Source: Eledone cirrhosa (lineage: Eukaryota). Taken from it: a stretch of DNA of 64,000 nucleotides. Positions 15,086-28,117 of the stretch are shown one piece after another (the stretch's first letter is position 1; each line of letters opens with the position of its first letter). The notes beneath the pieces are model-generated. The model had not been told where the DNA came from. It searched no databases and was given only the letters and a program-made list of their open reading frames with translations. The DNA lies in the NCBI GenBank assembly GCA_964016885.1, contig OZ024758.1, forward strand, positions 15,500,001-15,564,000. Direction: 5' to 3'. Both the position numbers and the translations under genes were made by a program.

Positions 15086-16019
15086 ATACGATGCCTGCAT
15101 ACGAACAGCAATGCTGCATGGCAGTGAGACCTGGGCATTGTGTGCAGAGGATATACGCAGACTAGAGAGGAACGAAGCTTGCATGCTCCGCTGGATGTGC
15201 AATAGTAATATACGTGAACGGCAAAGCATAAACGAACTAAGGAAAAAATTAGAAATAAGAGGGATCAGATGTTGTTTACTCGAGAGAAGGCTACGTTGGT
15301 ACGGTCACGTGATGCGCATGAAAGACGACAGCTGTATAACAAAGTGCAGGGCAATAAAGATAGACGGTACCCACGGAGTAGGCAGACCCAGAAAAACATG
15401 GGACGAGCTGATAAATTCCGACCTCACACGCTTACACCTCTCCAAGACAATGTCACTGGACCGAGACCTTTGGCGGTACTCAGTAATAGAGAAGACCCGC
15501 CTTACCTAAATACAAAGTAAAAACCTACTACAGTCAGTAGGCATCTCTATCAAAACACCCCCCTGTCCCACCACCTCCACCCCATCCACACCGCCCCTTT
15601 CAATGTACAGTTATGTTGGTCCCACAACATCCAGGCCGAAACAAATGAGATCGTGTAGGTGTCACGACAAAAAAACACACAGTCCACGCTGTAAATGTGG
15701 CCGTGTAGGCAACACGGTAAAAACCTCCCAGCCCCACACTGTAAATGTGGTTGGTGTTAGGAAGGGCATCCAGCTGTAGAAAACCCGCCAGACAGTCCAC
15801 GCTGTAATGTGGCCGTGTAGGCAACACGGTAAAAACCTCCCAGCCCCATACTGTAAATGTGGTTGGTGTTAGGAAGGGCATCCAACTGTAGAAAACCCGC
15901 CAGACAGTCCTATGCGAGCAAGACAACCACTCTTGCCTCAAGTGGGAAAACCCCCGTCCAAACCCATGCAAGCGTGGAACACGGACGCTAAACCTGATGA
16001 TGATGATGATGATGATGAT
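15086..16019 (+). mobile_element. RTE LINE 3' fragment (same family as 4823-7033)
   Basis: [16 protein letters not shown]...KTRLT, nearly identical to the ORF end; 3' UTR with an internal ~113-bp duplication; (GAT)n tail. Confidence 0.9.
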
Positions 16020-16264
16020 ATATACAATATTAAACAAATGGAAACTATATTTATAAAACCATATTTATTTCGTTATATATATTTCTGGGATATCATATTA
16101 AAAATATGTTATGCCAGAAATATATATAACGAAATAAATATGGTTTTATAAATATAGTTTCCATTTGTTTAATATCGTAAACCTACTCCAGAAACTGTCG
16201 AGTGCTTTTATATCAGTTATAAAATATTTACTCGTTGTAACCCAACAATCTTAAATAAAACTTT

Positions 16265-16314
<50 letters not shown>

Positions 16315-16704
16315 AATTAGACAATTATCAAAGTTGTGTTCAAATCATTTAATAGCTGACAATCGTTTCTTCCAAATTTTCGTTTGGAGTCATCGAAACA
16401 TTATCAATGTTTGTACATATAATTAACCTCCTATTCAACTGAACAATCAAATAGATACATATATATTGATGTTGTGAGCAACAGTTTCGTATTTATAGGG
16501 TGTACTGCATGCGGCATATTATGCGAAGGGTTGGACGCCATGCTTTCTAGCATAGTTACGTCCCTTTACGGTTTGAGTTCAAATCCCGTCGAGGTTAACT
16601 ACCTTTCATCCTTATGGGGTTGATAAAATAAAGTACCAGTAATGTACTGGGGTAATTGCTGGCCTTGTGCCAAAAGTAGAAACAATTATATTATAACACT
16701 TATA

Positions 16705-16893
16705 TGCGGTGAATTGGCAGTATCGGTAGAGGGTTGGACGCCATGCTTTCTAGCATAGTTACGTCCCTTTACAGTCTGAGTTCAAATCCCGCCGAGGTTA
16801 ACTTTGCCTTTCATCCTTACGGGGGTCGATAAAATAAAATACCAGTAATGTACTGGGTAATTGCTGGCCTTGTGCCTAAAGTAGAAACAATTA
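16705..16893 (+). mobile_element. tRNA-derived SINE family A (Meta-domain-like core), representative copy
   Basis: A-box-like tggcagtatcgg, B-box gagttcaaatc, core gcctttcatccttacggggtcgataaaataaagtaccag, (ATT)n tail; other + copies near 1283, 9245, 16500, 17172, 31017, 31238, 37415 and 42312. Confidence 0.85.
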
Positions 16894-16913
16894 TATGTAC
16901 AAACATTGATAAT

Positions 16914-16958
16914 GCTCCGATGACTCCAAACGAAAATTTGGAAGAAACGATTGTCAGC
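16914..16958 (+). ncRNA. Minimal type I hammerhead ribozyme, U4C variant; inverted twin at 16355-16399
   Basis: GCU-CCGAUGA-CUCCAAA cgaaaa UUUGGAA-GAAAC gauu GUC-AGC. Confidence 0.65.
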
Positions 16959-17128
16959 TATTAAATGATTTGAACACAACTTTGATAATTGTCTAATTTA
17001 TTTTCCTGCTCTGTAAAACAACTGATGTTCTTACATTGAGCTATTTCTCTTACTGGTAATAAGGTAGGAAATTACTGACCTTTCCTGTTTATAATTGTTT
17101 ATAGTATATACATAACTATAAATAGTAT

Positions 17129-17174
<46 letters not shown>

Positions 17175-17432
17175 GCAGTGGATTGGCAGTATCAGTAGAG
17201 GGTCGGACGCCATGCTTTCCAGCATAGTTATGTCCCTTTACGATCTGAGTTCAAATCCCGCCGAGGTTGACTTTGCCTTTCATCCTTACGGGGTCGATAA
17301 AATAAAGTACCAGTAATGCACTGGCTAATTGCTGGCCTTGTGCCTAAAGTAGAAACAATTATTATATATATATATATATATATTATAAAAAATAAACCAA
17401 AGAAGCCTTCAATACATCAAAAGTCTTTATTA

Positions 17433-17470
17433 GCCAACAATGTTTCGTCCTATTAAGGACTCATCAGGGC
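17433..17470 (-). ncRNA. Minimal type I hammerhead ribozyme (inverted twin of 17636-17673)
   Basis: Exact reverse complement. Confidence 0.85.
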
Positions 17471-17635
17471 AAGTAAAGCTACAAGAAGCACTATCGGCCA
17501 ATACAAGCCAAAAACTCAGAAGAATATGGAGTATACATCTATTAAAGCTGTATACTCCATATAATAGATGTATACTCCATATTCTTCTGAGTTTTTGGCT
17601 TGTATTGGCCAATAGTGCTTCTTGTAGCTTTACTT

Positions 17636-17673
17636 GCCCTGATGAGTCCTTAATAGGACGAAACATTGTTGGC
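17636..17673 (+). ncRNA. Minimal type I hammerhead ribozyme
   Basis: GCC-CUGAUGA-GUCCU uaau AGGAC-GAAAC auu GUU-GGC; full core with stems I and II paired. Confidence 0.85.
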
Positions 17674-17927
17674 TAATAAAGACTTTTGATGTATTGAAGG
17701 CTTCTTTGGTTTATTTTTTATAATTCTTCGGCTCTGTTTAATTACATTGAGCTATATCTTATACTGTCATTTCTATAATATGAAGAGGGTGTTTAACTCC
17801 AACACACTCTAGTATTTTAATTCTTATGTATATATATATACATATACACACATATACGTATGTGTGTGTGTATATGCATGTATGTGAAAAATAAACAGGA
17901 AAACAACAGCCTATAAAGTACAAAAAG

Positions 17928-17959
<32 letters not shown>

Positions 17960-17961
17960 AT

Positions 17962-18312
17962 GGAGGCACATGGCTTAGTGGTTAGAGCATTGGCCTTGCA
18001 ATCGAAAGGTTGTGAGTTCAATTCTCAGAATGGGTGATGTGTTGTTTCCTTGAGCAAGACACTTTATTTCACATTGCTCCAGTTTACTCAGCTGTAGAAA
18101 TGAAATGATAGGGACTGGGGTCCCTATCATTCCACTGCAAAGTGGTCATGGAGGTGCCACGGCAAAAAAGCACCCAGCACTCACTGTAAATGAGGTTGGT
18201 GTTAGGAAGGGCATCCAGCTGTAGAAATCAAGCCATAATCAGTTCCCGTCCCACCCTTGCAAGCAGGGAAAAAGCGGACGTAAAATGAAATGATGATGAT
18301 GATGATGATGAT
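17962..18312 (+). mobile_element. tRNA-derived SINE family B (CORE-like body, RTE-type 3' tail)
   Basis: Head ggaggcacatggcttagtggttagagc, B-box gagttcaattc, ttgagcaagacact body, tail cccttgcaagcagggaaaa...(GAT)n shared with the RTE at 51060-51120. Confidence 0.85.
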
Positions 18313-18644
18313 GTGTGTGTATATATATATCATCGTTTTATGTCAAGTTTCCCATGGTGACATGGGTTTGACAACTATTTGAAGCAATGTTTCACATCTG
18401 AATGCTCTTCCTGAGACCAACCAACTCTTTTAGTCACTTCTTACAATATGCAGGGTTATTGTGTACCTTCTCTAAACTGGATGTACACACATACACACAT
18501 TTTTTTTTTTTTTTGTTTCATTTCATTTTCATTTTGTTACAGAAAAATATTTTTCAAAGTGGATGGATCTAATAGTGACAGAGTAGTAACAGTATTTTGA
18601 TACAAGCCGAAGCTGAAGCATATAAACAGTATGCCCCCACCCCC

Positions 18645-19400
18645 TCCCGCTGTAAAGTGGTTGTGTAGGTGCCACAACAAAGAAGCACCCAGTCCACACT
18701 GTAAAGTGGCCGTGCCGTGTAGGTGCCACGACAAAAAAAGCACCACGTCCACACTGTAAAGTGGCCGTGCTGTGTAGGTGCCATGACAAAAAAAGCACCC
18801 AGTCCACACTGCAAAGTGGTCGTGTAGGCACCACGGTAAAAAAGCTTCCAGTCCACACTGCAATGTGGTCGTGTAGGCACCACGGTAAAAAGCACCCAGT
18901 ACTCACTGCAATGTGGTCGTGAAGGCACCACGGTAAAAAGCATCCAGTCCACACTGTAAAGTGGTGGTGTAGGTGCCACGGTAAAAAGCACCCAGTCCAC
19001 ACTGTAAAGTGGTGGTGTAGGTGCCACGGTAAAAAGCACCCAGTCCACACTGCAAAGTGGTGGTGTAGGCACCACGGTAAAAAAGCATCCAGTCCACACT
19101 GTAAAGTGGTGGTGTAGGTACCACGGTAAAAAGCACCCAGTCCACACTGCAATGTGGTCGTGTAGGCACCACGGTAAAAAAGCATCCAGTCCACACTGTA
19201 AAGTGGTCATGTAGGCACCACGGTAAAAAAAGCACCCAGTACTCACTGCAAAGTGGTCGTGTAGGCACCACGGTAAAAAAGCATCCAGTCCACACTGTAA
19301 AGTGGTCGTGTAGGCACCATGGTAAAAAAGCATCCAGTCCACACTGTAAAGTGGTGGTGTAGGTGCCACGGTAAAAAGCACCCAGTCCACACTGTAAATG
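18645..19400. repeat. 48-49-bp tandem array amplified inside an RTE-tail element
   Basis: Unit cagtccacactgtaaagtggtcgtgtaggcaccacggtaaaaagcacc, about 15 copies, running into aggaagggcatccagctgtagaaa and a (GAT)n tail at 19565. Confidence 0.9.
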
Positions 19401-19849
19401 AGGTTAGTGTTAGGAAGGGCATCCAGCTGTAGAAACAAACCCCAAATCAGTTCTGTATGAGCAAGAGATGGTCACCTGACCTAGCATTGCCCACAGCAGG
19501 ACAACCCGTCTAACCCATGCTAGCGTGGAAGAATGGACGTAAAACGGTGGTGATGAGGATGATGAAGTTCATCTATTATTATAATAAAATATATACTCCA
19601 TTACATTTTTTCAAACACTCTATGAAGTCCCGAGTTTGATCTGACTATGTGGCATCTTGGGTAAGTGTCTTTAACAGACCCTCAGGTCAACTCAAGCCTT
19701 CTGAGTAAAATAACGTAAATGGATATTATATGGAAGCCAATCAGACAGATTGTACCAGAAATTCGAATGTCTGACCTTGTTACATATTGTGTCATGCTAA
19801 GAATTAAGGAACACTCAACTAGTTACATGGTTAATTTATGTTTCTTCTT

Positions 19850-21065
19850 TTTCGCCCCTTTATTCCTCTGGAGGCAGAGTCCTCAAACACTCCTCCCAAC
19901 GGGTCCTGTCAGAAGCAACTGTCTCCAACTGGACCGGCTGGATCCCCAAGCATGACCAGCCAAATTCATGGATGTTATCCAACCATCTTGCTTCCCCAAG
20001 CCCGTAGGTCTCCTGCCAGTTGGTTTTTGCCTGTAAAATCTGTCCAGTAATTCTTTCCTGAGACATTCTAACCACATGCCTATAGTATTAGAACTGTGAT
20101 CTCTCAATTCAGAGAAGTAGCAGCTCTACCTGGAGTGACTCTCTGAGCTCTGAGCTACAAATCTGTCCAGCAATTCTTTCCTGAGACATTCTAACCACAT
20201 GCCCATAGTATTAGAACTGTGATCTCTCAATTCAGAGAAGTAGCAGCTCTACCTGGAGTGACTCTCTGAGCTCTGAGCTACAAATCTGTCCAGCAATTCT
20301 TCCCTGAGACATTCTAACCACATGCCCATAGTATTAGAACTGTGATCTCTCAATTCAGAGAAGTAGCAGCTCTACCTGGAGTGACTCTCTGAGCTCTGAG
20401 CTACAAATCTGTCCAGCAATTCTTCCCTGAGACATTCTAACCACATGCCCATAGTATTAGAACTGTGATCTCTCAATTCAGAGAAGTAGCAGCTCTACCT
20501 GGAGTGACTCTCTGAGCTCTGAGCTACAAATCTGTCCAGCAATTCTTCCCTGAGACATTCTAACCACATGCCCATAGTATTAGAACTGTGATCTCTCAAT
20601 TCAGAGAAGTAGCAGCTCTACCTGGAGTGACTCTCTGAGCTCTGAGCTACAAATCTGTCCAGCAATTCTTCCCTGAGACATTCTAACCACATGCCCATAG
20701 TATTAGAACTGTGATCTCTCAATTCAGAGAAGTAGCAGCTCTACCTGGAGTGACTCTCTGAGCTCTGAGCTACAAATCTGTCCAACAATTCTTCCCTGAG
20801 ACATTCTAACCACATGCCCATAGTATTAGAACTGTGATCTCTCAATTCAGAGAAGTAGCAGCTCTACCTGGAGTGGCTCTCTGAGCTCTGAGCTACAAAT
20901 CTGTCCAACAATTCTTCCCTGAGACATTCTAACCACATACCCATAGTATCAGAACTGTGATCTCTCAATTCAGAGAAGTAGCAGCTCTACCTGAAGTGAC
21001 TCTCTGATCTCCGAGCCACAAATCTGTCCAATGATTCTTTCCTGAGTCATTCTAACCACATGCTC
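19850..21065 (-). mobile_element. Fragment of another RTE-type LINE with a 123-bp segment tandemly amplified about 8 times
   Basis: The minus strand reads YYGHVVRMSQERITGQILQAK...RWLDNI; period 123 bp over 20035-21065; related fragments at 2205-2280, 8070-8420 (+), 30150-30810 and 41140-41570. Confidence 0.8.
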
Positions 21066-21134
21066 TAATTTATGTTCAGTTGATCAAATGCCTGAATGCT
21101 TATTGTGAAAACTGACAGATGATCCATCATCATA

Positions 21135-21757
21135 TTGTAGCATCACTCAGCAAGACCTTTGTCAGCCGCTCTCCAGATATCTATTTAAGGCTGTACATGG
21201 CTATGGTGCGACCACACTTAGAATTTGCATCACCAGTCTGGAACCCCTATCTTGCTCAGAACATTGCCACCTGGAAACTGTTCAGAGATGTGCAACCAAG
21301 CGAATACCCTCCATACTCTGAGCGCCTTGCTTCCCTGGGCATGGATACATTGAAGCTCCGACGCCTGGCAACTGACTTGGTAAACACCCACAAAATTGTT
21401 AACCATGTTGCCAACAACAACCCTGAGTACCTTTTTGATTTCCATGTGTCTAACACACGTGAACATGCCCACAAAGTAAGAAAACAGCACAGTTCCCATG
21501 ACTTTCGGAAACATTTTTTCACGCTCAGAGTTGCTGAAGCATGGAACAAACTACCTGCATCAGTTGTTAGCTGTCGAGACACTGCATCCTTTAAGGCCTC
21601 CATGCTTTCCGAGATCCGCCAACACTACAGCTAACACATACACACATGTACTTCCCTGACATTTGTGTATTATTCTATGTACTATACATACACCTTTGAC
21701 GAGTTGTAGTGCACCTGAGCACTTTACACAATAATTTCATTATTATTATTATTATTA
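21135..21757 (+). mobile_element. CR1/L2-group LINE 3' end with (ATT)n tail
   Basis: LYMAMVRPHLEFASPVWNPY...YSERL...FFTLRVAEAWNKLP; UTR-only copies at about 1192-1278, 14065-14380 (-), 29130-29320, 30966-31017 and 51400-51450 (-). Confidence 0.85.
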
Positions 21758-22484
21758 TATAAATACATGGTGATAAGAAGGGCATCCAACTGAAGAAACC
21801 CTGCTAGCAAAGGTTGGACAGGTACTCACAGACCAAGTCAGAACTGAAGTGAGGCAACTGATCTCCCAGGCAGGCCAGGTGTCTGCATCTCACTTAGGTA
21901 CAGTCTCACATTCTTTGAACTTTTCAGCCCACCCTCATACAACATACACAATATATAGAAAAAGCCCCAATTTTTATCAATTTAATAAGTATGTTGAATA
22001 AATTAGGGTTGTTTAAATTAAAAGGTGATAATCAAATATGACAGGGTGTAAAGAAAAATTTTCAACCAAATCATTAAAAAAAAGAAGACCAGAAAACCCT
22101 TTACAAGACAATTTTCATTAGATAGTTGGGTAGAAAATATATTAAAAAAAGAAAGATATTTGAGTCATTTCAGTGTGGGGATAATGACTACATTACAATA
22201 CACAGAACTAAATAGCCTGGACATCAAGTCATTTGATGAAAATTGTTGGGGAAAAAAAGGTGGGTCGATATTTTCTATTCAGTTCAACTTCAGTTTTCAA
22301 TCCCTGCAATGGTTATTGTGTCTTTTGTTTGTAAGTATATTTTGTTAAATTCTGTTGGTTTTCTGGGGGTACCTTTTGCTGTTTTCTTATCCTCCAAATA
22401 TATTTTGTTAAATTCTATTGGTTTTCTGGGGGTTCATACATACACACACATACATACATACACACACACCTACATACACACACG

Positions 22485-22519
<35 letters not shown>

Positions 22520-22837
22520 TAGCACTAACAGTGTTATTCGGAATAAACCCGTGTATACATATTTACAACCTTACAGCTGATATGTTGGTAGTTTTCTGTT
22601 CCTCCCCAAAACAATTGTAAAATCTGGGTCACATCATAGTTAGAAATATTATTAATAGGGATTACCACGATCAGAAAGTAGGATTCGGGATAGTTCAAGA
22701 ACAGGAATGAAAATAGGGATTTAAAACAAAAATGAAAGGATTAATTAATGTTTTGATATTATCCTTTATGTTCACTTTCTAACTAGTCAGGGGCTTGTAG
22801 AAGAAACATACTTGTCTTATATACACACATACATACA

Positions 22838-22875
<38 letters not shown>

Positions 22876-23166
22876 CCTATGCAAGCATAGAAAAGCAGAT
22901 GTAAAATGGTGATGATGATGATCATGATTATATATATAAGGCGTGTGGCTGAGTGGTTAGAGAATTTGATTCGCAATCATGAGGTTGTGAGTTCGATTCC
23001 CGGACCAGGTGATGCAAGACACTTTATTTCACGTTGCTCCTTCTACCTGGAGTTGCGACCAATAAAGAGTATTAGCAATTTGAAAGACGAATGGAAACAT
23101 TATTTCCTCGGTCCGATTTGATGAAAGTCAATTGACTGTCAATATATATATATATATATATAGAAG

Positions 23167-23219
23167 GAGCTTCTACAGGACTAGTACTGTTTCATTCAGA
23201 TGAAATCTTCAGGAAGCAC
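23167..23219 (-). ncRNA. Type I hammerhead ribozyme (inverted twin of 23246-23298)
   Basis: Reverse complement with the same core and a GCUUC/GAAGC stem I. Confidence 0.78.
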
Positions 23220-23245
23220 AGAGCTTCCTGAAGATTTCATCTTCA

Positions 23246-23298
23246 GAGCTTCCTGAAGATTTCATCTGAATGAAACAGTACTAGTCCTGTAGAAGCTC
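23246..23298 (+). ncRNA. Type I hammerhead ribozyme
   Basis: GAGCUUC-CUGAAGA-uUUCA uc UGAAu-GAAACAG uacuaguc CUGUA-GAAGCUC; 7-bp stem I and paired stem III. Confidence 0.8.
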
Positions 23299-23388
23299 CT
23301 TCTATAAAATAAAATAAAAAAATTTTACTCTGCCATGTATTGAGTACCTTACTTACTGTGGTTATCCCCGACTCAACCCGGGACCTAC

Positions 23389-23454
<66 letters not shown>

Positions 23455-23600
23455 ATACTTTGGGAGGGTCATGTTGCCAATAAGAAACACACGCACCAGT
23501 TGCTTTCACTTCAATTTATTATCATAAATTTATAAATTTAGGAATTTATAAATTTCCGGTTGGTTGGTTGGTTCTACAACCAGATGGTTGTTTATATATT

Positions 23601-23643
23601 GTCAAAGTTCTTTCGTCACACATTCTGTGACCTCTTCAGTGAC
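23601..23643 (-). ncRNA. Minimal type I hammerhead ribozyme
   Basis: GUCA-CUGAAGA-gGUCAC agaaugu GUGAC-GAAAG aa CUU-UGAC. Confidence 0.72.
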
Positions 23644-24671
23644 TGGGGATTCTTTTCTTTGTTTTTGTGCCTCTCCTTTGTTCTGTCCTACGCCATCTTG
23701 TTTCTGTGTGTGTGTGTTGTGTGCTCAGTCTGCGCATGCGCCACATCCGGGTGTGTTTCTTATTGGCAACATGACCCTCCCAAAGTATAACAATATCGGT
23801 TTCAACACACGTTTTCAGATAAAGAATCTTGCTAAACAAATTCAGAAACGAAATATATATATATATATATTTACTGTAAATGTGGCTGGTGTTAAGAAGG
23901 GCATCCAGCTGTAAAAACCCTGGCCAAATTTACAGTCCCATCAGAGCAAAGTACAGTGTGGCTAATCCTGACCGGATGTCTCTCGATGCAGATGACCCGT
24001 CCAACCCATGCAAGCATGGAAAAATGGACATTAAACGGTGATGATGATAGTGTCACCAACACAACCACTTTACAGAGTGGACTGGGTATTTTTGTTGTTG
24101 TGACACCAGATCACCATGGAGGGTGGACTTAGTGATTTTTTTGTTGTTGTGGCAGCATCATCATCCTTCTGCTTCAAGTGTTTAACACTTCTTAATACAA
24201 CTGGCATTCTCCATATGCAATATATCTCAATACTGGTGCAGTCTTCTCTCTTCTCTATTGCTCACTACATGACAACATATAATTTCATTATTATTTATTA
24301 TTATAACAATGCAGGACCTCAGAAGTTCAGGCACAATCCATCTAACAGGCTTCCACACAATTTCTATCAACCAAATTTCAAGCAAAAGGTTTGAGAGTCA
24401 GTCTGATGTTAACAAAGGAAATGAAAGCCAGGGGTTTGTTGAGGGAGAATGAAGTCTATCAAGCAAATGGGATACACCAGAATTTTAGCAAGAAAATGGC
24501 CTTAAAATGTCTGCTGTTATTTATTGTGTTATTGTGTTTTGGTGAGAGCTTATGTGAGATCATCAATGTGTCAGTTAACTGGGACAGGCTGTGATTTGGA
24601 CATATTTGAAGCAAAATGGCCACCAAGATACAACAGACTCTTCTTTCAACATAGGAGAAAGAGTAAGGGTG

Positions 24672-24779
24672 GGGGAGAGAGAGAGCTAGAGAGAAAGAGA
24701 GAGAGAGAGAGCTAGAGAAAGCTAGAGAGAGAGAGAGAGAGAGCTAGTGAGAAAGAGAGAGAGAGCTAGAGAGAAGGAT

Positions 24780-24811
<32 letters not shown>

Positions 24812-24995
24812 CTAGAGAGAAAGACAGAGAGAGCTAGAGAGAAAGAGAGAGAGAGCTAGAGAGAGAGAGACAGAGAGAGCTAGAGGGAATGGACTAGTTA
24901 AACCTCAGCTGATTGGCTAACACCAAACAGACACACACGCACGCACACACACACACACAAACTGACATACACACACACACATATGCATACACACG

Positions 24996-25041
<46 letters not shown>

Positions 25042-25218
25042 TACACATGCACACATATATTTACACACACACACACACCTGAAACCTCTAACACCTTTAC
25101 ATAGGAAGGAAGGAAGGAAGGGGTTTGGTGTGACAGCAACCCATCTCAACCCATTGTATTTATAATCTAGACTGTCATGTGAATATTTCATATTGCTGCA
25201 GGACACTGTCTATGTACA

Positions 25219-25274
<56 letters not shown>

Positions 25275-25795
25275 CACATACATGCATGCACATACATACA
25301 TACACATGCACACACACATACACACACACACACACACACACATACATGCACATACATACATACACATGCACACACACACACACACACGCACATACATACA
25401 CACACAATGTGTTTATGTTTTTTTTATGGGGTTGTAAGCATGTGTACATGTATGTATGTGTATGTATGTGTGTGCATGTGCATGTGTATGTATGTATGTA
25501 CATGTATGGGGTTGTAAGCATGTGTACATGTATGTATGTGTATGTATGTATGTGTGTGTGTGTGTGTGCATGTGTATGTATGTACATGTATGTACATACA
25601 TACATACACATGCACACAACATACATACAATACACACACACATACATACATGTACATACATATACACATGCTTACAACCCCATAAAAAAACAAAAACGCA
25701 TTCTCAGTTTAATGAAGTAATACTAAAATATAAATAAACAAACACATATTTACACACACACACATATATATATATATACACACACGCAGATGTGC

Positions 25796-25827
<32 letters not shown>

Positions 25828-26006
25828 CTACATATATAAACACACACACACACATATGCATATATATATACACACGCAGAAGTGCATATATATATAGAGA
25901 GAGAGAGCTACATATATAAACACACACACACACACATGCAGATATGTATACATACACACACACACACACAAAGGTACATATATACACACACACATATGCA
26001 GATATT

Positions 26007-26038
<32 letters not shown>

Positions 26039-26470
26039 AAGGTACATATATATATATACACACACATATGCAGATATTTATATATATATATACACATACA
26101 AAGGTACATACATAGGTATATACTTATTTATAGGTGGTTTAGTTTGATTAAAAGGATACCAGTTAGGAAGAGAGAGGTGACTAAATACACCTGGCAATTA
26201 GGTAGAATATTATATATATTTGAATTTCACACATTTTATAATATATATCATATTATATATTATATATATATTATAATATATTATATATATATATATTATA
26301 ATATATAATATAATATATATGTATATATTATAATATAATATATATATATATATTATAATATAATATATATTATAATATATTATATATGTTTATATTATAA
26401 TATAATATATATGTATATATTATAATATATACATATATATATATATATATATGTGTATATATATATTATA
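24672..26470. repeat. (GA)n, (CA)n, (TA)n and (TACA)n microsatellite field
   Basis: Direct inspection. Confidence 0.9.
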
Positions 26471-26834
26471 TCTTAAACAAGAGCAAAGGATATATTTCCC
26501 AAACTTGTAAAGTAAGCAGCTTTTTTTTTATTCTCTCTCTCTTTTATATATATTTGTGTGTGTGTGTGTGTGTGTGCGTGTGTGTGGTAGTAAACAGAAG
26601 GATTGACTGATAAATAAATGGATAGATATATATAAACATGTAAAACAGTCATACACACACACACACACACACACACATATCATCATCATCATCGTTTAAC
26701 GTCCATGTTCCACGCTTGCATGGGTTTGGACGGGAGTTTTCCCACTTGAGGCAAGAGTGGTTGTCTGCTCGCATAGGACTGTCTGGCGGGTTTTCTACAG
26801 CTGGATGCCCTTCCTAACACCAACCACATTTACA

Positions 26835-26884
<50 letters not shown>

Positions 26885-26924
26885 ATATTAAATAAATGGA
26901 AACTATATTTATAAAACCATATTT

Positions 26925-26985
26925 ATTCTATTATATATATTTCAAGGGTATCAAAAAACTTTGGTACGCTTTCATCAGATAAAAT
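26925..26985 (-). ncRNA. Minimal type I hammerhead ribozyme
   Basis: AUUUUAU-CUGAUGA-AAGcGUA...UACcCUU-GAAAU auau AUA-AUAGAAU. Confidence 0.78.
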
Positions 26986-27587
26986 ACAAAGAGTGTTTTA
27001 TAAATTTTGACATATATATAATAGAATAAATATGGTTTCATAAATAAAGTTTCCATTTATTTAATATCATTGAATATTTACTCCAAAAACTGTTGAGTGC
27101 TCTGAATCAGTTATAAACATTTATATTTGTCGGACTTCCAACAAAGTAAATATCCCTTCTACTTATATATATATATATATATAAAATATTAAACAAATAA
27201 TGAATAAAACAATGAAACAGTTCCTTATATTAAACAAAAAAAGTTCATTATTTGGACACTACTGTAAACTCTTGGTAGATTTATCTACATATATATATAT
27301 ATATATATGTGGTTGGTGTTTGGAAGGGCATCCAGCTGTAAAATCCCTGGCCGAATTTACAGTCCTGTCAGAACAATGTACAGAAGGTACAGTGTGGCCA
27401 ATCCTGGCCGCACTTGTCTAACCCATGCAGGCATGGAAAATGGAAGCTAAATGCTGATGATGATGATGTATATGCACATATAAATATATATATATATATT
27501 TTTTTTAAATTTATTTATTTACTATAGAAAGACTTTCCTGATGATTTCCTCCCGATTTACATTGGGATTTTACACACACACACACAC

Positions 27588-27663
<76 letters not shown>

Positions 27664-28057
27664 AGCAAGACAACCACTCTTGCCTCAAGTGGGAAAACTC
27701 CCGTCCAAACCCATGCAAGCGTGGAACATGGACGTTAAATGATGATGATGATGATGATGATATATATATATACATATATATATATACATACATATATATA
27801 TATATATATATAACCAAAAGTTAAACAAGGTTCATTGATTAATCAATGAATATAGTTTTACAATAGATTAGAAGCACTCAACAGAAAAAAGTTTTCTGGA
27901 GTTATTAATATTAATTCAAAATATTAATAAATATAGACATTCAACGTAATCAAAATATATTTTATTATATATATTTTATTATATATATTATATATATGGC
28001 AAGACTGGAATTGAACCATCAGCACAGTTGAGGTATGTCACACATCAATTTATACAC

Positions 28058-28117
28058 TTTATCTGATGAAGACGTACTGAAAAAACAGCACAGTACCTCC
28101 GAAATATATATAATAAA
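28058..28117 (+). ncRNA. Minimal type I hammerhead ribozyme (base of stem II imperfect)
   Basis: UUUAU-CUGAUGA-agacGUACUG...CAGUACcucc-GAAAU auau AUA-AUAAA. Confidence 0.72.

Larger units (their letters stand above)
17382..17830 (+). mobile_element. Hammerhead-bearing fold-back element (Penelope-like pLTR relic)
   Basis: 163-bp inverted arms at 17382-17544 and 17562-17724, a unique tail with gctctg...attgagc, and (TA)n on both sides. Confidence 0.7.

Noticed and set aside
17430-17676. Two almost identical 78-aa ORFs on opposite strands
   Set aside because: A by-product of the palindrome, with no protein motif.
17962-18035. tRNA-like heads of SINE A and B copies
   Set aside because: They continue into SINE bodies and tails and do not form complete cloverleaves, so they are not tRNA genes.
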